Assembly: GCA_038750505.1 (NCBI GenBank)
Contig: JBCDHD010000020.1
Coordinates: forward strand, 3,534 to 67,533
Length of the DNA stretch: 64,000 nt
DNA from: Bacteroidota bacterium
GTDB taxonomy: Bacteria; Bacteroidota; Bacteroidia; Flavobacteriales; Flavobacteriaceae
Reading direction: 5' to 3'
Shown: in pieces, positions 36,787-47,675 of the stretch
Numbering within the stretch: position 1 is the stretch's first letter
How the letters are laid out: every line of letters begins with the position of its first letter
Program-made: the position numbers and the translations under genes
The notes under the pieces: model-generated
Seen by the model: the letters and a program-made list of their open reading frames with translations, nothing else
Told to the model about the DNA's origin: nothing
The model's database searches: none

Positions 36787-37977
36787 ATGAAAAAAATTGT
36801 ATCACTGCTTTTGCTCGCATTTTTAATCATTTCCTGCGGAGGAGGGACTTCTACTTCTGTAGAGGATATTATTGCGGGCAATGATCTTGAGGAAATACGT
36901 GCGAAGCGATCCGAAATAACAGAAGAACTTAAGGCAATCGAAGAACAGGTAGAACGCTTGGATGCTGCCATTGCCTCCCTTGACGATTCTGCCAAACTTC
37001 CGTTGGTAACCACGATGCAGGCAAAATCCCAGAAATTTCTACATTATCTGGAACTACAAGGCGATGTAATGACCGATCAAAATGTGTTGATCTATCCGGA
37101 GATTTCCGGCACATTGTACCGCGTACATGTTAAAGAAGGTCAACGGGTAGCAAAAGGGCAGTTGTTGGCCTCTATCGATGATGGAGGATTATCCAGTCAA
37201 TTAGCACAATTAAAGACCCAGGCGGCTCTGGCAAAAACAACATTTGAACGGCAAAAGCGGCTCTGGGATCAAAATATTGGTTCCGAAATCCAATATTTAC
37301 AGGCAAAAGCACAGTATGAAGCGCAGGAAAACGCGGTAAATCAGTTGGAAAGTCAGGTGGCCAAATCCAGTATTCGCGCACCTTTTTCAGGATTTATTGA
37401 TAATATTATTAAAGACCAGGGGACAGTAGTAAGTCCGGGCCCGGGATCTGAAGTATTCCGGATCGTAAACCTGTCAAACATGTATGTACAGGTAGAAGTT
37501 CCCGAAGCCCATCTGGCCAATGTTACACCAGGGAAACTTGTAGAAGTCTATTTTCCGGTTCTAGGCACTAGTGTTCAAACGAAAATTAGACAAACGGGGC
37601 ACTTTATCAATCCCGGAAACCGCTCATTTAACGTGGAAATACCGGTTCCAAACAATGACGGGGCTATAAAACCTAACCTTACCGCAATTGCCAAGATCAA
37701 CGATTACAGCAATGATGCGGCTATTCTTATCCCGCAAAGTGTTATCTCTGAAAATGCCACCGGGCAACAGTATGTATATCTCATCAAGGAAAATGGCTCG
37801 GAAACGGAAGTTGTTTCCAAAAAAACAATTATACAGTTGGGGAAAACGCAAGGCGATTATGTAGAGGTCCTTTCCGGTCTTTCCGAAGGGGATAACATTA
37901 TTGTAGAAGGGGCGAGAAGTGTCCGGGACAACCAACAGGTAAAGGTGTTGAACATTGAAAACACCGTCAAAAACTAA
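36787..37977 (+). CDS. efflux RND periplasmic adaptor (MFP/HlyD family)
   Basis: Lipobox LIISCGG, a coiled-coil hairpin, and the ..IRAPFSGFI.. barrel-sandwich motif. Confidence 0.9.
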   Translation: MKKIVSLLLLAFLIISCGGGTSTSVEDIIAGNDLEEIRAKRSEITEELKAIEEQVERLDAAIASLDDSAKLPLVTTMQAKSQKFLHYLELQGDVMTDQNVLIYPEISGTLYRVHVKEGQRVAKGQLLASIDDGGLSSQLAQLKTQAALAKTTFERQKRLWDQNIGSEIQYLQAKAQYEAQENAVNQLESQVAKSSIRAPFSGFIDNIIKDQGTVVSPGPGSEVFRIVNLSNMYVQVEVPEAHLANVTPGKLVEVYFPVLGTSVQTKIRQTGHFINPGNRSFNVEIPVPNNDGAIKPNLTAIAKINDYSNDAAILIPQSVISENATGQQYVYLIKENGSETEVVSKKTIIQLGKTQGDYVEVLSGLSEGDNIIVEGARSVRDNQQVKVLNIENTVKN

Positions 37978-37980
37978 ATC

Positions 37981-40900
37981 ATGGAAAAAGCTAAAAAGAA
38001 CGCCAATAAAGAATTTAAGCTCTCCTCATGGGCGATCGATAATCCCTCGGTCATCTATGTAATGATCGGTATTTTCTTATTCATAGGAATTTCTTCCTAT
38101 TTCTCAATGCCTCGGGAGGAATTCCCCGAAGCGGTTGAAACAAAGATATATGTAAGTACTGTATACCCTGGGAATACGGCGGAAGATATGGAACGGCTGA
38201 TCACAGATCCACTGGAGGAAAGCCTAAAGAATGTGAGCAATTTTGTAGAGATGACGTCTACCTCCCAGGAAGATTATTCTATGGTGGTGGTGGAATTTGA
38301 TGAAAACATAACCGTTGAGGCGGCCAAGCAGAGTGTCAAAGATGAGGTTGATGCCGAAAAAGCAAGCGAAGACTGGCCTATATTTAATGGTGCCAAGGTG
38401 GAACCGAACGTTTTTGACCTCAATTTAACGGAATCCTTCCCCATTCTTAACGTCAATATTACAGGAGACTATCCGGTAGAAAAACTTAAAGAGTACGCCG
38501 AATACCTCGAAGATGAGATTGAAAACCTGGATGAAATTAAACAGGTAGATATTCGAGGTGCCCAGGAAAAAGAGGTGGAAGTGGCCGTGGACATCAACAA
38601 AATGATGGCCGCCAAGGTAAATTTTGACGACGTAATACAGGCCATTGCCAATGGCAATATGACCATGTCCGCAGGGAATTTGATTACCAGCGGACAACGC
38701 AGGACCATACGTATCACCGGCGAAATTGAAGACCCCGACGAACTTTACGACTTTGTAGTGAAGTCTGAGAACGGGCCCGTTTATCTAAAAGATCTTGCGA
38801 GAGTCACCTTTACCGAAGAGGATAAAACCACCTATGCCCGCGAAATGGGAGAAAGCGTGGTAATGCTGGACATTAAAAAGCGCTCGGGCAAAAATGAGGT
38901 GCAAGCCACGCAAAAGATCAAGGCTATTGTAGCCGATGCACAGGAAGATTATCTTCCGGAAAATCTCGAGATCAGTTTTGCGAACGACAGCAGTAGCAGT
39001 ACCCTGAACCAGGTAGATGATCTGGTCAACAATATTATTTTCGGGATCATTCTTGTGGTTACGGTATTGATGTTCTTTTTAGGGTTCCGTAATGCACTGT
39101 TCGTTGGATTTGCCATTCCCATGTCCATGTTTATGTCCTTTATGATCCTTTCCACATTGGGATATACCTTAAACACCATGATTCTTTTCGGATTGATCAT
39201 GGGATTGGGGATGTTGGTAGATAACGGGGTTGTGGTGGTAGAGAACGTATATCGATTAATGGAACAGGAAGGCATGTCCCGAAAGGAAGCTGCGAAAAAG
39301 GGTATTGGTGAAATCGCTATCCCCATTATCATTTCAACGGCTACCACCGTGGCAGCTTTTGTTCCTCTGGGACTATGGCCGGGTATTATGGGAGAATTTA
39401 TGATCTACTTCCCAATTACACTTTCAGTAGTACTGGGCTCTTCCTTATTTGTGGCCATATTTATGAACTCCATGTTAGTATCCCAGTTTATGGAGATCGG
39501 GGAAAAAGAACTTACACGTAAACAGCTTATTCGTTTAAGCCTCATATTAGGAGGTTTTGGCCTATTTATCCTTATCGTTGGAGGACCCATTCGCGGTTTG
39601 GGAACCCTAATGATCGTTGTTGCGGGATTGTTCTGGATCTATAAGTACTTCTTAAAGAAATGGGCGTTGCATTTCCAGAAAAAGGCACTCACACGTTTTG
39701 AAGACTTTTATGAAATGCAGCTTAAGAGGGCCTTAAAAGGTAATAATGTGTATTGGTATTTTGGGGCAACCATGTTCTTACTCATTGCTGCTTTTATGTC
39801 GTTTGGAGCTTCCGTGGGGAGCCAGCGTACCAAAATGGAATTTTTTCCCGACAACACGCCCAAAGAAATTTATATCTATATCGAGTATCCCCAAGGTACG
39901 GATATTGAAAAAACCAATGCCATTACCAAAGACATTGAAGAAAGGGTCTACACCATTGTAAAAGAAGAACAGTATTTCGAGGAGGAGGATAATTTATTAG
40001 TGGATACTGCGGTCTCACAGGTAGGGAAAGGAGCAGAAAACCCCTTTACCGAAGGAGGATCTGCTGCAGAAATGCCGCACCGGGGAAAGATTACCCTATC
40101 CATGCAAGAATTCAAGTTCAGGCAAGGACTGGATAGCGAACAGTTACGACTTCGTATTCAAAATGCTCTTGCGGAAGTCTATCCCGGAGTTACGATTTCT
40201 GTAGAAAAAGATGCCGTGGGTCCACCGGCCGGCTATCCGGTAAACATTGAACTGGTAGGAAAGAACTACGATACTTTGATCAATGTAGCGGAACGGATGC
40301 GGAACTATATCAATTCGAAGAGTATTGATGGCATGGAAGGCTTAAAGGTGGATGTGAATAAAGGGAGTCCGGGCATGCAGGTAATTGTAGACCGGCAAAA
40401 AGCGGGAGAACTCAATGTTTCCGTAGGGCAAGTAGGACAACAGCTAAGAAGATCGTTGTTTGGAGACAAAGCGGGAGTGTACAAAAAAGACGGGGAGGAT
40501 TATGATATTAATGTCCGTTTTAATGAAGATTTGAGATACAATACCAGTGCCTTGTTCAATCAGAACATTATTTTCAAAGATCAAAATACGGGTGAGGTAA
40601 AAGAAATCCCTATTTCTGCCATTGCGTCAAGAAGAAACACTTCCTCCTTTAATGCGATAAAACACATCAATGGAGAACGCGTAGTAACCGTATACTCTGC
40701 CTTAAAACCGGGAGGTAATGCCGCAATTATAGTGGCTCAAATCCAAAAGGAAATGGAGAGTTTTAGAGGATTACCGGCGGGGGTAAAAATAGACTATACC
40801 GGTGAGTTGGAAGAACAGGAGAAACAACAAAACTTTTTAGGAGGGGCATTTATGTCTGGTCTGGGATTGATCATGCTCATCTTAGTATTTCAATTCGGGG

Positions 40901-41481
40901 GCGTTTCCAAACCTGCCATTATTATGATAGCGATATTTTTGAGTTTTATTGGGGTGTTTGGAGGTCTTGTAGCAACCGGATGGCCTTTTGTTATCATGAT
41001 GACCATGATGGGTATTATCGCACTCGCAGGAATTGTCGTAAACAATGGAGTGGTATTGTTGGATTACACCCAAATACTCATCGATCGTAAAAAGTTGGAA
41101 TTAGGTGTGGGAGATGATGAATTGCTAACACTGCAAGAAGTTACGGATACCATAATTAAAGGAGGAAAAGCACGGTTACGCCCGGTGATCCTGACTGCGA
41201 TTACTACCGTATTAGGACTAATACCTTTAGCAACAGGTCTCAATATCAACTTTGTAACCTTGTTTGGTCGGTTTGACCCTCAAGTGTATGTGGGTGGAGA
41301 TAACGTCATATTCTGGGGGCCCCTTGCCTGGACCGTAATCTTTGGGTTGATCGTAGCCACCTTCCTCACCTTGATTATTGTTCCTGTATTGTTCAATATT
41401 GTGTATCGTATAAAGATCAGGATTAAAGGCAGTCATAAAAAGAAAGAACAGGATGAAACCAAGATGGATATTGCTGCTTAA
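37981..41481 (+). CDS. efflux RND permease (AcrB/HAE family)
   Basis: 1166 aa with a 12-TM pattern and two large periplasmic loops. GMLVDNGVVVVEN and AGIVVNNGVVLLD are the conserved TM4/TM10 motifs. Confidence 0.95.
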   Translation: MEKAKKNANKEFKLSSWAIDNPSVIYVMIGIFLFIGISSYFSMPREEFPEAVETKIYVSTVYPGNTAEDMERLITDPLEESLKNVSNFVEMTSTSQEDYSMVVVEFDENITVEAAKQSVKDEVDAEKASEDWPIFNGAKVEPNVFDLNLTESFPILNVNITGDYPVEKLKEYAEYLEDEIENLDEIKQVDIRGAQEKEVEVAVDINKMMAAKVNFDDVIQAIANGNMTMSAGNLITSGQRRTIRITGEIEDPDELYDFVVKSENGPVYLKDLARVTFTEEDKTTYAREMGESVVMLDIKKRSGKNEVQATQKIKAIVADAQEDYLPENLEISFANDSSSSTLNQVDDLVNNIIFGIILVVTVLMFFLGFRNALFVGFAIPMSMFMSFMILSTLGYTLNTMILFGLIMGLGMLVDNGVVVVENVYRLMEQEGMSRKEAAKKGIGEIAIPIIISTATTVAAFVPLGLWPGIMGEFMIYFPITLSVVLGSSLFVAIFMNSMLVSQFMEIGEKELTRKQLIRLSLILGGFGLFILIVGGPIRGLGTLMIVVAGLFWIYKYFLKKWALHFQKKALTRFEDFYEMQLKRALKGNNVYWYFGATMFLLIAAFMSFGASVGSQRTKMEFFPDNTPKEIYIYIEYPQGTDIEKTNAITKDIEERVYTIVKEEQYFEEEDNLLVDTAVSQVGKGAENPFTEGGSAAEMPHRGKITLSMQEFKFRQGLDSEQLRLRIQNALAEVYPGVTISVEKDAVGPPAGYPVNIELVGKNYDTLINVAERMRNYINSKSIDGMEGLKVDVNKGSPGMQVIVDRQKAGELNVSVGQVGQQLRRSLFGDKAGVYKKDGEDYDINVRFNEDLRYNTSALFNQNIIFKDQNTGEVKEIPISAIASRRNTSSFNAIKHINGERVVTVYSALKPGGNAAIIVAQIQKEMESFRGLPAGVKIDYTGELEEQEKQQNFLGGAFMSGLGLIMLILVFQFGGVSKPAIIMIAIFLSFIGVFGGLVATGWPFVIMMTMMGIIALAGIVVNNGVVLLDYTQILIDRKKLELGVGDDELLTLQEVTDTIIKGGKARLRPVILTAITTVLGLIPLATGLNINFVTLFGRFDPQVYVGGDNVIFWGPLAWTVIFGLIVATFLTLIIVPVLFNIVYRIKIRIKGSHKKKEQDETKMDIAA

Positions 41482-41503
41482 GCCAGGTGTATCCAATAAA
41501 AAA

Positions 41504-41535
41504 AGCCCTGATACTCTGGTATCAGGGCTTTTTTC
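41504..41535. terminator. bidirectional rho-independent terminator
   Basis: Perfect 11-bp stem AGCCCTGATAC-tctg-GTATCAGGGCT, flanked by A6 upstream and T6 downstream, between convergent genes. Confidence 0.85.
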
Positions 41536-41550
41536 TTTTTGTGAGTTGTA

Positions 41551-41901
41551 CTAGAAATTTACATTAACCGCTTCGGATTGGTTCCAGTTTTTAACCGAGA
41601 CAATTTGATTATTCTTAAAATCAACCTCTTTTAAGATCTCTCCTTCCCAGAAAAACCATTTTCCTTGGCGTATCCCATTAATGTATTTTCCTGATGCTAT
41701 CTTTTTTCCCTGGTTATCATACATCAGCCATTGCCCATGTAATTTTCCTTTGAGCAAATGGCCCGTTTGTGCTATTTCCCCATTGTCGTGGAAGTAGGTA
41801 GCCTGCACCATTTTTCCTACTTGTTCGAAGGTCGGTTTAATATCTTGTGAAAACATATAAACCGAAAACATCATCGCCAGAAGTAATACTGCTTTCTTCA
41901 T
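41551..41901 (-). CDS. MORN-repeat (YwqK-like) secreted protein
   Basis: Signal peptide MKKAVLLLAMMFSVYMFSQ. MORN-variant repeats G.L.GKLHGQWLMYDNQGKK and G.Y.NGIRQGKWFFW. Confidence 0.75.
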   Translation of the reverse strand: MKKAVLLLAMMFSVYMFSQDIKPTFEQVGKMVQATYFHDNGEIAQTGHLLKGKLHGQWLMYDNQGKKIASGKYINGIRQGKWFFWEGEILKEVDFKNNQIVSVKNWNQSEAVNVNF

Positions 41902-42183
41902 AATTTACAGGTTTATTGTTATTTACTTAACGTTAATCATACAAAGATACGTATTTAGAAACAATTTATAAACTAAAAATTTACTATTTGTTTACATTAA
42001 ATTTACAAAAAACTCGTAAATCCTTCATTATCAAATACTCATATTTTCAACATGTTTAAACTTAGCGTACTGCAATTGTGTGAATGGTTAAAAAAACCGC
42101 ATAAACGGTAGCCTATCTTTAGGGGAATTTAATTGTTCCAACCCAAGGGAACATCTTAACTTTGCCGTCATTAAAACACAACT

Positions 42184-43932
42184 ATGTACAGAAGTCATAC
42201 CTGTGGTGAACTGGGAATGCAGGATAGCGATCGCGAAGTTACCCTTAGTGGTTGGGTACACAAAGTCCGTGACAAGGGTTTTGTAGTGTGGATAGACTTG
42301 CGAGACCGTTATGGGCTTACCCAACTGGTTTTTGATGAGGATCGTACCCCCAAATCGCTATTGGAGCAGGCCAGAGGCCTAGGTAGGGAAACCGTTATAC
42401 AGGTTTCAGGTACGGTGATTGAAAGGGCCTCAAAAAACCCAAATATGGCTACCGGTGCTATCGAAGTATTGGTGCAGTCGCTTCTTGTTCTAAACGAAGC
42501 CATGCTTCCTCCGTTCACTATTGAAGACGATACCGATGGTGGCGATGATCTTCGTATGAAGTACCGCTATCTGGATATCCGAAGGGCTCCTGTAAAAAAC
42601 AACCTCATTTTTAGGCATCAGGTGACCATGGAAGTACGAAAGTACCTATCCGGAGCAGGGTTTATTGAGGTAGAAACCCCCTATTTAATTAAATCTACCC
42701 CCGAAGGCGCCCGGGATTTTGTGGTCCCCAGCCGAATGAACGAAGGGCAGTTCTATGCGCTTCCTCAGTCGCCCCAAACCTTTAAGCAATTACTGATGGT
42801 TGGGGGAATGGACAAATACTTTCAAATTGTAAAGTGTTTTCGGGATGAAGATCTTAGAGCTGACCGGCAGCCGGAGTTCACCCAAATTGATTGTGAAATG
42901 GCTTTTGTGGAACAGGAAGATGTCCTAGCGACCTTTGAAGGCCTGACCAAACACCTACTTACCGAAATAAAAGGAATAGCGCCTGCAGACTTCCCCAGAA
43001 TGACCTACGACGAGGCCATGCAACGTTACGGGAATGATAAACCCGATATTCGTTTTGGAATGGAGTTTGGTGAACTAAACGCTGTAGCACAACACAAAGA
43101 TTTCAATGTATTCAATACTGCCGAATTAGTAGTGGGGATTGCCGTTCCCCAAGGAGCTTCGTATACCCGCAAGGAAATCGATAAACTCATAGATTGGGTA
43201 AAACGCCCACAGGTAGGCGCCAAAGGCATGGTCTATGTTAAATGCAATGAAGATGGCACTTACAAATCTTCAGTCGATAAGTTCTATGACCAGGAAGATC
43301 TGGCCGCCTGGGCTCAGGTGACCGGAGCACAGGCTGGTGACCTGATCTGTGTCCTTTCCGGAGAAGCGAATACCACACGTGGGCAATTGAGCGCCTTACG
43401 TATGGAACTGGGAGAGCGTTTAGGACTGCGAAAACCGGATGAATTCGCCCCACTTTGGGTAGTGGATTTTCCCCTGTTAGAATTGGATGAGGAAACCGGC
43501 CATTACCACGCCATGCACCATCCGTTTACTTCGCCCAAACCAGGGCAACTGGAACTTTTGGATACAGATCCGGGTGCTGTTCGCGCCAACGCTTATGATC
43601 TTGTGCTTAACGGTAACGAGATTGGTGGAGGCTCTATTCGTATCCATGATAAGGCCACCCAGGCCATCATGTTTAAGCATCTGGGTTTTAGCCCTGAGGA
43701 AGCCAAAGCGCAATTTGGTTTTTTAATGGATGCCTTTCAATATGGCGCCCCGCCTCATGGCGGTATTGCCTTTGGCCTGGATCGACTGGTTGCTATTTTA
43801 GGTGGACAAGAAACCATCCGGGATTTTATTGCCTTCCCTAAAAATAATAGTGGAAGGGATGTGATGATCGATGCGCCGGCGACTATCGACCAGGCGCAAT
43901 TGGATGAGCTGGGGCTAAGTCTTAAATCATAG
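42184..43932 (+). CDS. aspS: aspartate--tRNA ligase
   Basis: [25 protein letters not shown]-fold start, and class II motifs [18 protein letters not shown] and [10 protein letters not shown]. Confidence 0.97.
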   Translation: MYRSHTCGELGMQDSDREVTLSGWVHKVRDKGFVVWIDLRDRYGLTQLVFDEDRTPKSLLEQARGLGRETVIQVSGTVIERASKNPNMATGAIEVLVQSLLVLNEAMLPPFTIEDDTDGGDDLRMKYRYLDIRRAPVKNNLIFRHQVTMEVRKYLSGAGFIEVETPYLIKSTPEGARDFVVPSRMNEGQFYALPQSPQTFKQLLMVGGMDKYFQIVKCFRDEDLRADRQPEFTQIDCEMAFVEQEDVLATFEGLTKHLLTEIKGIAPADFPRMTYDEAMQRYGNDKPDIRFGMEFGELNAVAQHKDFNVFNTAELVVGIAVPQGASYTRKEIDKLIDWVKRPQVGAKGMVYVKCNEDGTYKSSVDKFYDQEDLAAWAQVTGAQAGDLICVLSGEANTTRGQLSALRMELGERLGLRKPDEFAPLWVVDFPLLELDEETGHYHAMHHPFTSPKPGQLELLDTDPGAVRANAYDLVLNGNEIGGGSIRIHDKATQAIMFKHLGFSPEEAKAQFGFLMDAFQYGAPPHGGIAFGLDRLVAILGGQETIRDFIAFPKNNSGRDVMIDAPATIDQAQLDELGLSLKS

Positions 43933-43936
43933 GGAT

Positions 43937-46900
43937 CTATTGTCGGTCACGTGCTCTTGGTCGTAACGAGATAATATACCCTAATTGCAGTTCGCTAAAG
44001 CCATTGGTTTCAAAACTGCCATTATTAGAATATCGATACCTAAAAAAGAATTTGTTATCACTGGTAGCTGAAGGGCTGTAATGCGCATCTATCGCAAATT
44101 GCCATAACCATTGGGGATCATCGGTCAAATTTTCCCGAAACTGTTCTTCTGAGCTTATAACCGAAAAATCCCTGGTTTGCGTGTTGAAGCGCATGTACCT
44201 CCCCGATAACGAAGCACCATAGCGCTCCTCAGGCCTTAGTCTAAAAAGAATTTCAGGATAATAGCGCCATGTATTGGTAAAGCCATTGGAATCTATGGGC
44301 TCTCCTTCATCCATAGTGTCCGAAGCAACCGTATTGGCTAATACCCGTGTTCTTCCAAATCTGGCACCAGCATTAATCTCCGTTCTGAACTTACTATTGG
44401 GAAAATCAAACATAAAGAGGTTTAAGTCTGCTCCCACTGAAATATTTTCGTAGCGTAATAAATCCAAAAGTGTAACATAAGATACTGTTTGTTCACTGCC
44501 ATTGATAAATGTAGGTAGTGTTGAAGCCACCAAATTATCGGTATCTTCAGAGGTGTTCAATCTGGCCCATCGAAACTCAGGACGCATGTAATTCACATAA
44601 CCCCAATTAAAAGAAGGTCCTAAAACTCTTCTTAAGAACCTTCTAGGTCCAACAGGTTTTCTTTTCGTATGTAATGGTATAATTCGGTCAAACTCAAATT
44701 GGGCTGCTCCATTGGGATCACTTCCGAAACCAATAAAGTCAGTAAACACTTTAATATTGAAAAGCTTGGAGCTAACTTCTTTCTTCAGCTGTAACTTGTT
44801 GTTGGTTTCTTTATGTTCAGAATTGATATCGATTTTTACAGATTGATTTTTAGGACTAAAATCCAATCTATCATTTGCTAGTCTTTGTAAATACTCAGGA
44901 AAGACATCTTCCATTTCCATAGAGAATTGTTTCTTACGACCTTTTATTACTGACAACTCATACCCCTTAATATCTTCATAGTCAATCTGAGAGCTAAATC
45001 CATAAGGGAATTGACTGGTGAATTTGTTTTTTTTTCCGAAATGGGTATCCCATTCTTTGTTCTCGGCAATTAAGTCAGCCAATTTTAAATAGACCTCCTC
45101 GCTTTGTTCGTTAACAGCAGTTGGCCCTTTTATTTCGGCTTCAACTACAACGCGTTCTAAAAAGCCATCATTAAAATCCAAATCAATTGATTTGGCTTCA
45201 AAGTCCCAAAGTGTTACTCGATCCAACTCTTGACGTATCCGTTGAAGGGTATTTTTTTGTTTCGAATCATTTTGTAGAGAGTTTTTTGTGGCTTTTATAC
45301 TATCAGTAAGTCTTTGCCTGAAGTTACCATATTCATTGGTTCGATAAAAATCACGTAAAATCTTATTACTAATAGTGTCATAGTAATCTCTTCTTAAAAC
45401 TTTCAATATGTCTTTATCTAAAACCGTTTGATCAAAAAGATTCCCCCTTAAATTCTTTAGCTTTTTTATTTCATTTTCAAAATTTTCACCTTTCAAATTT
45501 CGAATATCCTGCCATTCCTCTCGATAATCCGCAATAAGCTTTTCATACTTCTCACTTAAAGCGAGATTTTCTCTATGTCTTGATCTGTCACCATTATAGT
45601 ATTTTTCGAAATCACTAAGTTCTTTTTTTAAAGACGAAAAAGAATCCCAGTCATCTTGTCCTGTTAAATCCTGATACTCATCATTAAGTTTCCCCCATAA
45701 TTCGTCAAGTTGATCTTCCTTTGAATTTAATCTTATTGTTTTTTCAGAGGTAAACTTTTCGATTCTATCATAAATAACTAATTGAGTTTCCAGAAATTTT
45801 ATTGTAGATGATAGTTTTGCCTTAGTTTCTTCCGCCCCGACATAATCCTTTAAATTCTCTGTTAAGCTCGGTAAAACCTGTATACTTTTAAGTTCCAACA
45901 ATCTTCTTTTAATTAACTTCTCCCTCTTTTTCCAGGTATAAACATCATAACGATTTATTATGTCATCAAAATTGTCGTAAAAGCTAACAGGGTTATTTAG
46001 ATATTTTATTTTATACTCTTTCCTATTTGCAAAATGACTTTTTATAACACATGCATAATATATTAGCAATGGATTATTTTGAATTCGACTAAGTAATTGT
46101 TTGGTCTGATTTTTAAGAATACTTTCAACAATAGATTCTCTTTTGCCTTCAACAGAATTTATATTTTCAGAAAAAAAAAGCTCTAACGAATTCTTCTCTT
46201 TAATATATTTTTCTACGCTAACCAGCCCGTCGTTTAAATACTCCAAACGGGAAGATTTTTTTTTGTCTTCCCAATCCGCTAATTTATCTTTAACCAGAAA
46301 GTAAGAGTCGATTAATCTCCAAGGTATTAGTTGAGAAACCTGAATCTCATTATTTTGGACGAGAATCAACTTCTTCAGATCTTTTAAAAACTTTAGTTCA
46401 TGTTCTAACATAACATATTCTGAAAACCCCCATTCATTTGTCTCAATTTCGATTTTATGCTGTTTTTTTTGATAGAGTTTTTCAATCTTATTCTTAAGAA
46501 CAGCTACTCTGTCGTCTAGATCTCTATCGATAGAGTCAGTCCTTAGTCCTCGGTTTATTAGATATTCTTCAATATCTATAGTTTCAAGAGAGCCAAGATC
46601 ACATTTTAAACATTTCTTCCATAATTTGGGGTAATCATGCAGTGTTAGGTGAGATACTTCTTTTCCAAGTTCTTCTTTAACCGGATTATTAAGTTCATTA
46701 GTCGCTTTCGAATCATCTTTACCTATTTTAATCTGATTTTTATTGGGTAATTTAAATTCATTGTATTTTTTTTGAACCTTTCTTAATTGCCTAATTAATT
46801 TGTGATAATCTGTCACCCTCTTTTTTAGATAAAGCTCATCACTATCTCCGGTATAATATTGTACTCCACGTATGAGTTTATTGAAATACAAATTACCCGC

Positions 46901-47671
46901 AACGGGCTCAGTATCAAACTGAAACAATAGGACTAATTGGGCGTCAAAGAAACGGTAAATACGATTCAAAAGACCTTCTATTCGCTGTTTAGACTCAAAG
47001 TATTCGATAGTATTAGGTCTGGTTAGCAAATTATTGAAATCCTCAAAAGTATCCGTATCTAAGATCTCTTTTACTCTTTCATCAGCTATGGCAGTCATAG
47101 CCTTTTGCAAATCCTCAAGTGCACGATCCTTCAATTCTCCAAGTTTCCTTTTAATGTCATCATTCGTATTAGCATCTTCTAATAAGTTTTTCTTCTGCTC
47201 ATTTGTTAAAAGCTTATTAAGCACAATCGAAAGGGAATGAAGTTTATCTTTAGTATCTGTTTCTGGATCGGCATCTCCTTGATTTAAATTATCTCGAGTT
47301 TCATTTGTTGGTTCAGCATTTTTTTGTTTATCATTCTTTACTTTTTTCAGATCGATTAATAGTAATTCAGTGTCCATTTGGTAAAGAGCAATTTCTTTGA
47401 GTGATTTTAAAAAATTATCCCTGAAGGTTTTCTGGTTCAGAGGATTGATTTCCAAAGTAATAGGAAATTCAAACCCTACTTTGTTTTTGTCGTCACTAAC
47501 AGTTTCTGTAGGGGCTATAGAGAAAGTTACATTGGACAGCGTCTCGGCCTTAGCAGAAATGGTCAATTTAGATTCTTCCGTTAATGGTACTCCTTTTACT
47601 TCTTTTTCTTGGGTCATAGCCAGAAAAGGAAGGAATACGGCACAGATTATTAATATTATATTGGTTTTCAT
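43937..47671 (-). CDS. hypothetical 1,244-aa secreted/outer-membrane protein, no recognisable family
   Basis: Uninterrupted ORF with signal peptide MKTNIILIICAVFLPFLAMTQE. About 900 aa are Lys/Glu/Asn/Leu-rich. The last 300 aa or so have beta-strand-like alternation (VGADLNLFMFDF, WRYYPEILFRLRP, KFFFRYRYSNN, FSELQLGYIISL). The coding DNA is very AT-rich. Confidence 0.8.
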   Translation of the reverse strand: MKTNIILIICAVFLPFLAMTQEKEVKGVPLTEESKLTISAKAETLSNVTFSIAPTETVSDDKNKVGFEFPITLEINPLNQKTFRDNFLKSLKEIALYQMDTELLLIDLKKVKNDKQKNAEPTNETRDNLNQGDADPETDTKDKLHSLSIVLNKLLTNEQKKNLLEDANTNDDIKRKLGELKDRALEDLQKAMTAIADERVKEILDTDTFEDFNNLLTRPNTIEYFESKQRIEGLLNRIYRFFDAQLVLLFQFDTEPVAGNLYFNKLIRGVQYYTGDSDELYLKKRVTDYHKLIRQLRKVQKKYNEFKLPNKNQIKIGKDDSKATNELNNPVKEELGKEVSHLTLHDYPKLWKKCLKCDLGSLETIDIEEYLINRGLRTDSIDRDLDDRVAVLKNKIEKLYQKKQHKIEIETNEWGFSEYVMLEHELKFLKDLKKLILVQNNEIQVSQLIPWRLIDSYFLVKDKLADWEDKKKSSRLEYLNDGLVSVEKYIKEKNSLELFFSENINSVEGKRESIVESILKNQTKQLLSRIQNNPLLIYYACVIKSHFANRKEYKIKYLNNPVSFYDNFDDIINRYDVYTWKKREKLIKRRLLELKSIQVLPSLTENLKDYVGAEETKAKLSSTIKFLETQLVIYDRIEKFTSEKTIRLNSKEDQLDELWGKLNDEYQDLTGQDDWDSFSSLKKELSDFEKYYNGDRSRHRENLALSEKYEKLIADYREEWQDIRNLKGENFENEIKKLKNLRGNLFDQTVLDKDILKVLRRDYYDTISNKILRDFYRTNEYGNFRQRLTDSIKATKNSLQNDSKQKNTLQRIRQELDRVTLWDFEAKSIDLDFNDGFLERVVVEAEIKGPTAVNEQSEEVYLKLADLIAENKEWDTHFGKKNKFTSQFPYGFSSQIDYEDIKGYELSVIKGRKKQFSMEMEDVFPEYLQRLANDRLDFSPKNQSVKIDINSEHKETNNKLQLKKEVSSKLFNIKVFTDFIGFGSDPNGAAQFEFDRIIPLHTKRKPVGPRRFLRRVLGPSFNWGYVNYMRPEFRWARLNTSEDTDNLVASTLPTFINGSEQTVSYVTLLDLLRYENISVGADLNLFMFDFPNSKFRTEINAGARFGRTRVLANTVASDTMDEGEPIDSNGFTNTWRYYPEILFRLRPEERYGASLSGRYMRFNTQTRDFSVISSEEQFRENLTDDPQWLWQFAIDAHYSPSATSDNKFFFRYRYSNNGSFETNGFSELQLGYIISLRPRARDRQ

Positions 47672-47675
47672 TTCG

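Noticed and set aside
41551-41901. YwqK-type MORN protein as an antitoxin of a toxin-antitoxin pair
   Set aside because: It has a signal peptide, there is no adjacent toxin gene, and it is flanked by a terminator and the aspS promoter region.
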